In this document: piece after piece, positions 62,915 to 64,000 of the stretch
Layout of the letters: every line of letters begins with the position of its first letter
Numbering within the stretch: position 1 is the stretch's first letter
Source: Patescibacteria group bacterium
GTDB lineage: Bacteria; Patescibacteriota; Patescibacteriia; JAHIZJ01
DNA length: 64,000 bases
Assembly (NCBI GenBank): GCA_041661625.1
Contig: JBAZUB010000003.1
Span: forward strand, 69,004 to 133,003
Direction: 5' to 3'
Translations under genes and position numbers: made by a program
The notes under the pieces: generated by a model
Database searches by the model: none
Seen by the model: only the letters and a program-made list of their open reading frames with translations
Told to the model about the DNA's origin: nothing

Positions 62915-64000
62915 ATGAAAGAACTAATCCAATCCATCCGCGATCTCAAGGACAAAGTCGAGCGGACTTGGGGGTTACTTTGACCTCGATCGAAAGAAGA
63001 CCGAATTAAAAGTATTGGGTATCGAAGCCGCCCAGCCCGAATTCTGGCAAGATCAGGAACGGGCGCGTTTGGTTAGCCGGCAGATGGAGGAACAGCGGCG
63101 CGAGATTGAAACATGGGAATCAATCGACCGTCGTTTGGTCGACCTATTGAGTATTGCTCGTGAGGCGGAGCATGATCACTCGGAAGGTATTCAAGTCGAT
63201 ATTCAGAAACAATATGATGAGCTCAATGGTGAATTTGACCATTTAGAATTTTTCGTGTTGTTGGGTGGGCCGTATGACGTTCGAAATGCTCTGGTGGCGA
63301 TTCATGCCGGCACGGGCGGTGTCGAGGCGCAGGACTGGGCGGCGATGCTACTGCGCATGTATTTACGTTATAGTGAAAAAAAAGATTGGTCGGTACGCAT
63401 TCTGGATCGGTCGGTTGGAGAAGAAGCGGGAATTAAAAGCGCCACGCTGGAAGTGCAGGGTCGCTATGCCTATGGTTATTTGAAGGCCGAGGCTGGCGTG
63501 CACCGATTGGTTCGGTTATCTCCCTTTGATGCCGATCATCAGCGCCACACTTCATTTGCCTTGGTAGAAGCATTGCCCGAGATTGCCGAGGTTGAAGAAG
63601 TTGAGATTGATCCAAAAGATTTACGAATCGATACTTTTATGGCCTCGGGACATGGCGGTCAGAGTGTTAACACCACTTACTCTGCTGTGCGCATTGTGCA
63701 CTTGCCAACTAAGATTACGGTATCGTGCCAGAACGAACGTTCCCAGCAGCAGAATCGGGAAACCGCAATGAAAGTATTGAAGAGCCGATTGCACGCGCTG
63801 GCTGAAGCTGAGAAGCAGTCTGAGAAACAACAACTGCGCGGGGCGTATACCTCAGCCGAGTGGGGGAATCAGATTCGTTCTTATGTGCTTCAACCATATC
63901 AGATGGTTAAGGATCATAGAACAAAACATGAAACCTCAGATACCGGGAAGATTCTCGATGGAGACTTGGATGAGTTTGTTGAAGCCTATTTAAAGTTTGC
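62915..64000 (+). CDS. prfB: Peptide chain release factor 2 with programmed +1 frameshift (site CTT TGA C at 62968-62974); 3' partial
   Basis: ORF0 MKELIQSIRDLKDKVERTWGLL-stop. SD-like GGGGG immediately 5' of TTA CTT TGA C. The +1 frame continues DLDRKK...SGHGGQSVNTT (GGQ motif). Confidence 0.9.

Noticed and set aside
1-64000. rRNA genes, additional tRNAs, transposase genes, or an integron integrase
   Set aside because: None seen. The only recombinase in the window is the large serine recombinase at 15246-16760. No tyrosine-recombinase R..H..R...Y ORF flanks the cassette array.

Overview
This 64-kb window is a compositional mosaic. GC values below are by-eye estimates and should be recomputed.

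(A) 1-16.7 kb is high-GC (roughly 65%) and dense with minus-strand mobile-element genes. It ends exactly at the 3' end of a tRNA-Leu(CAA) gene (complement 16713-16799). A large serine recombinase gene overlaps that tRNA. The genes here are: a conjugative-type VirB4/VirD4/HerA-like ATPase (partial); a membrane protein; a tightly overlapping 4-gene operon with two SPPY-motif DNA amino-methyltransferases and two unknown proteins, one with LAGLIDADG-like motifs; RadC; a Cas4-like PD-(D/E)XK nuclease plus a RecT-like annealing protein; two tandem RuvC-like resolvases; two paralogous winged-helix proteins; and an Xre repressor.

(B) 17.2-38.5 kb is roughly 48-50% GC core chromosome with a CPR/Patescibacteria-like gene set read in the standard genetic code. 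It carries parA, parB, a Wzy-like membrane protein with TPR repeats, topA, dprA, mfd, pth, der, an LCP-family protein, a UPF0104 membrane protein, tRNA-Val(CAC), a VOC/glyoxalase protein, lepB and hisS.

(C) 38.5-47.5 kb, possibly extending to about 50 kb, is an AT-rich accessory array of small, mostly plus-strand genes. They are separated by a family of imperfect inverted repeats 45-160 bp long. The 5' boxes (RYYYAAC) and 3' boxes (GTTRRRY-like) of these repeats co-vary as reverse complements. That is the architecture of integron attC sites, and no integrase lies in the window (CALIN-like). The cargo includes four class-I SAM methyltransferases (two are close paralogs), two NUDIX hydrolases and a YbaK-like deacylase.

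(D) 50-64 kb is core chromosome again: HIT, rpsU, yqeY, a 1504-aa surface protein with three perfect 180-bp tandem repeats and a VirB2/TrbC-like N-terminus, secreted proteins with N/T-rich low-complexity linkers and thrombospondin-type-3-like Ca-binding repeats, ybeY, dgkA, ftsA, ftsZ, htrA, and prfB with its canonical +1 frameshift site.

Other points: GC-rich hairpin elements flank both tRNA genes and share an identical 21-mer; a 150-bp element carries 21-bp perfect terminal inverted repeats; a 30-bp perfect palindrome lies upstream of parA; a surface-protein gene is probably frameshifted; and a 700-bp noncoding region could not be assigned. The ORF track uses alternative start codons, and several starts were re-evaluated by hand. 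Many plus-strand ORFs in the high-GC part are antisense artefacts.
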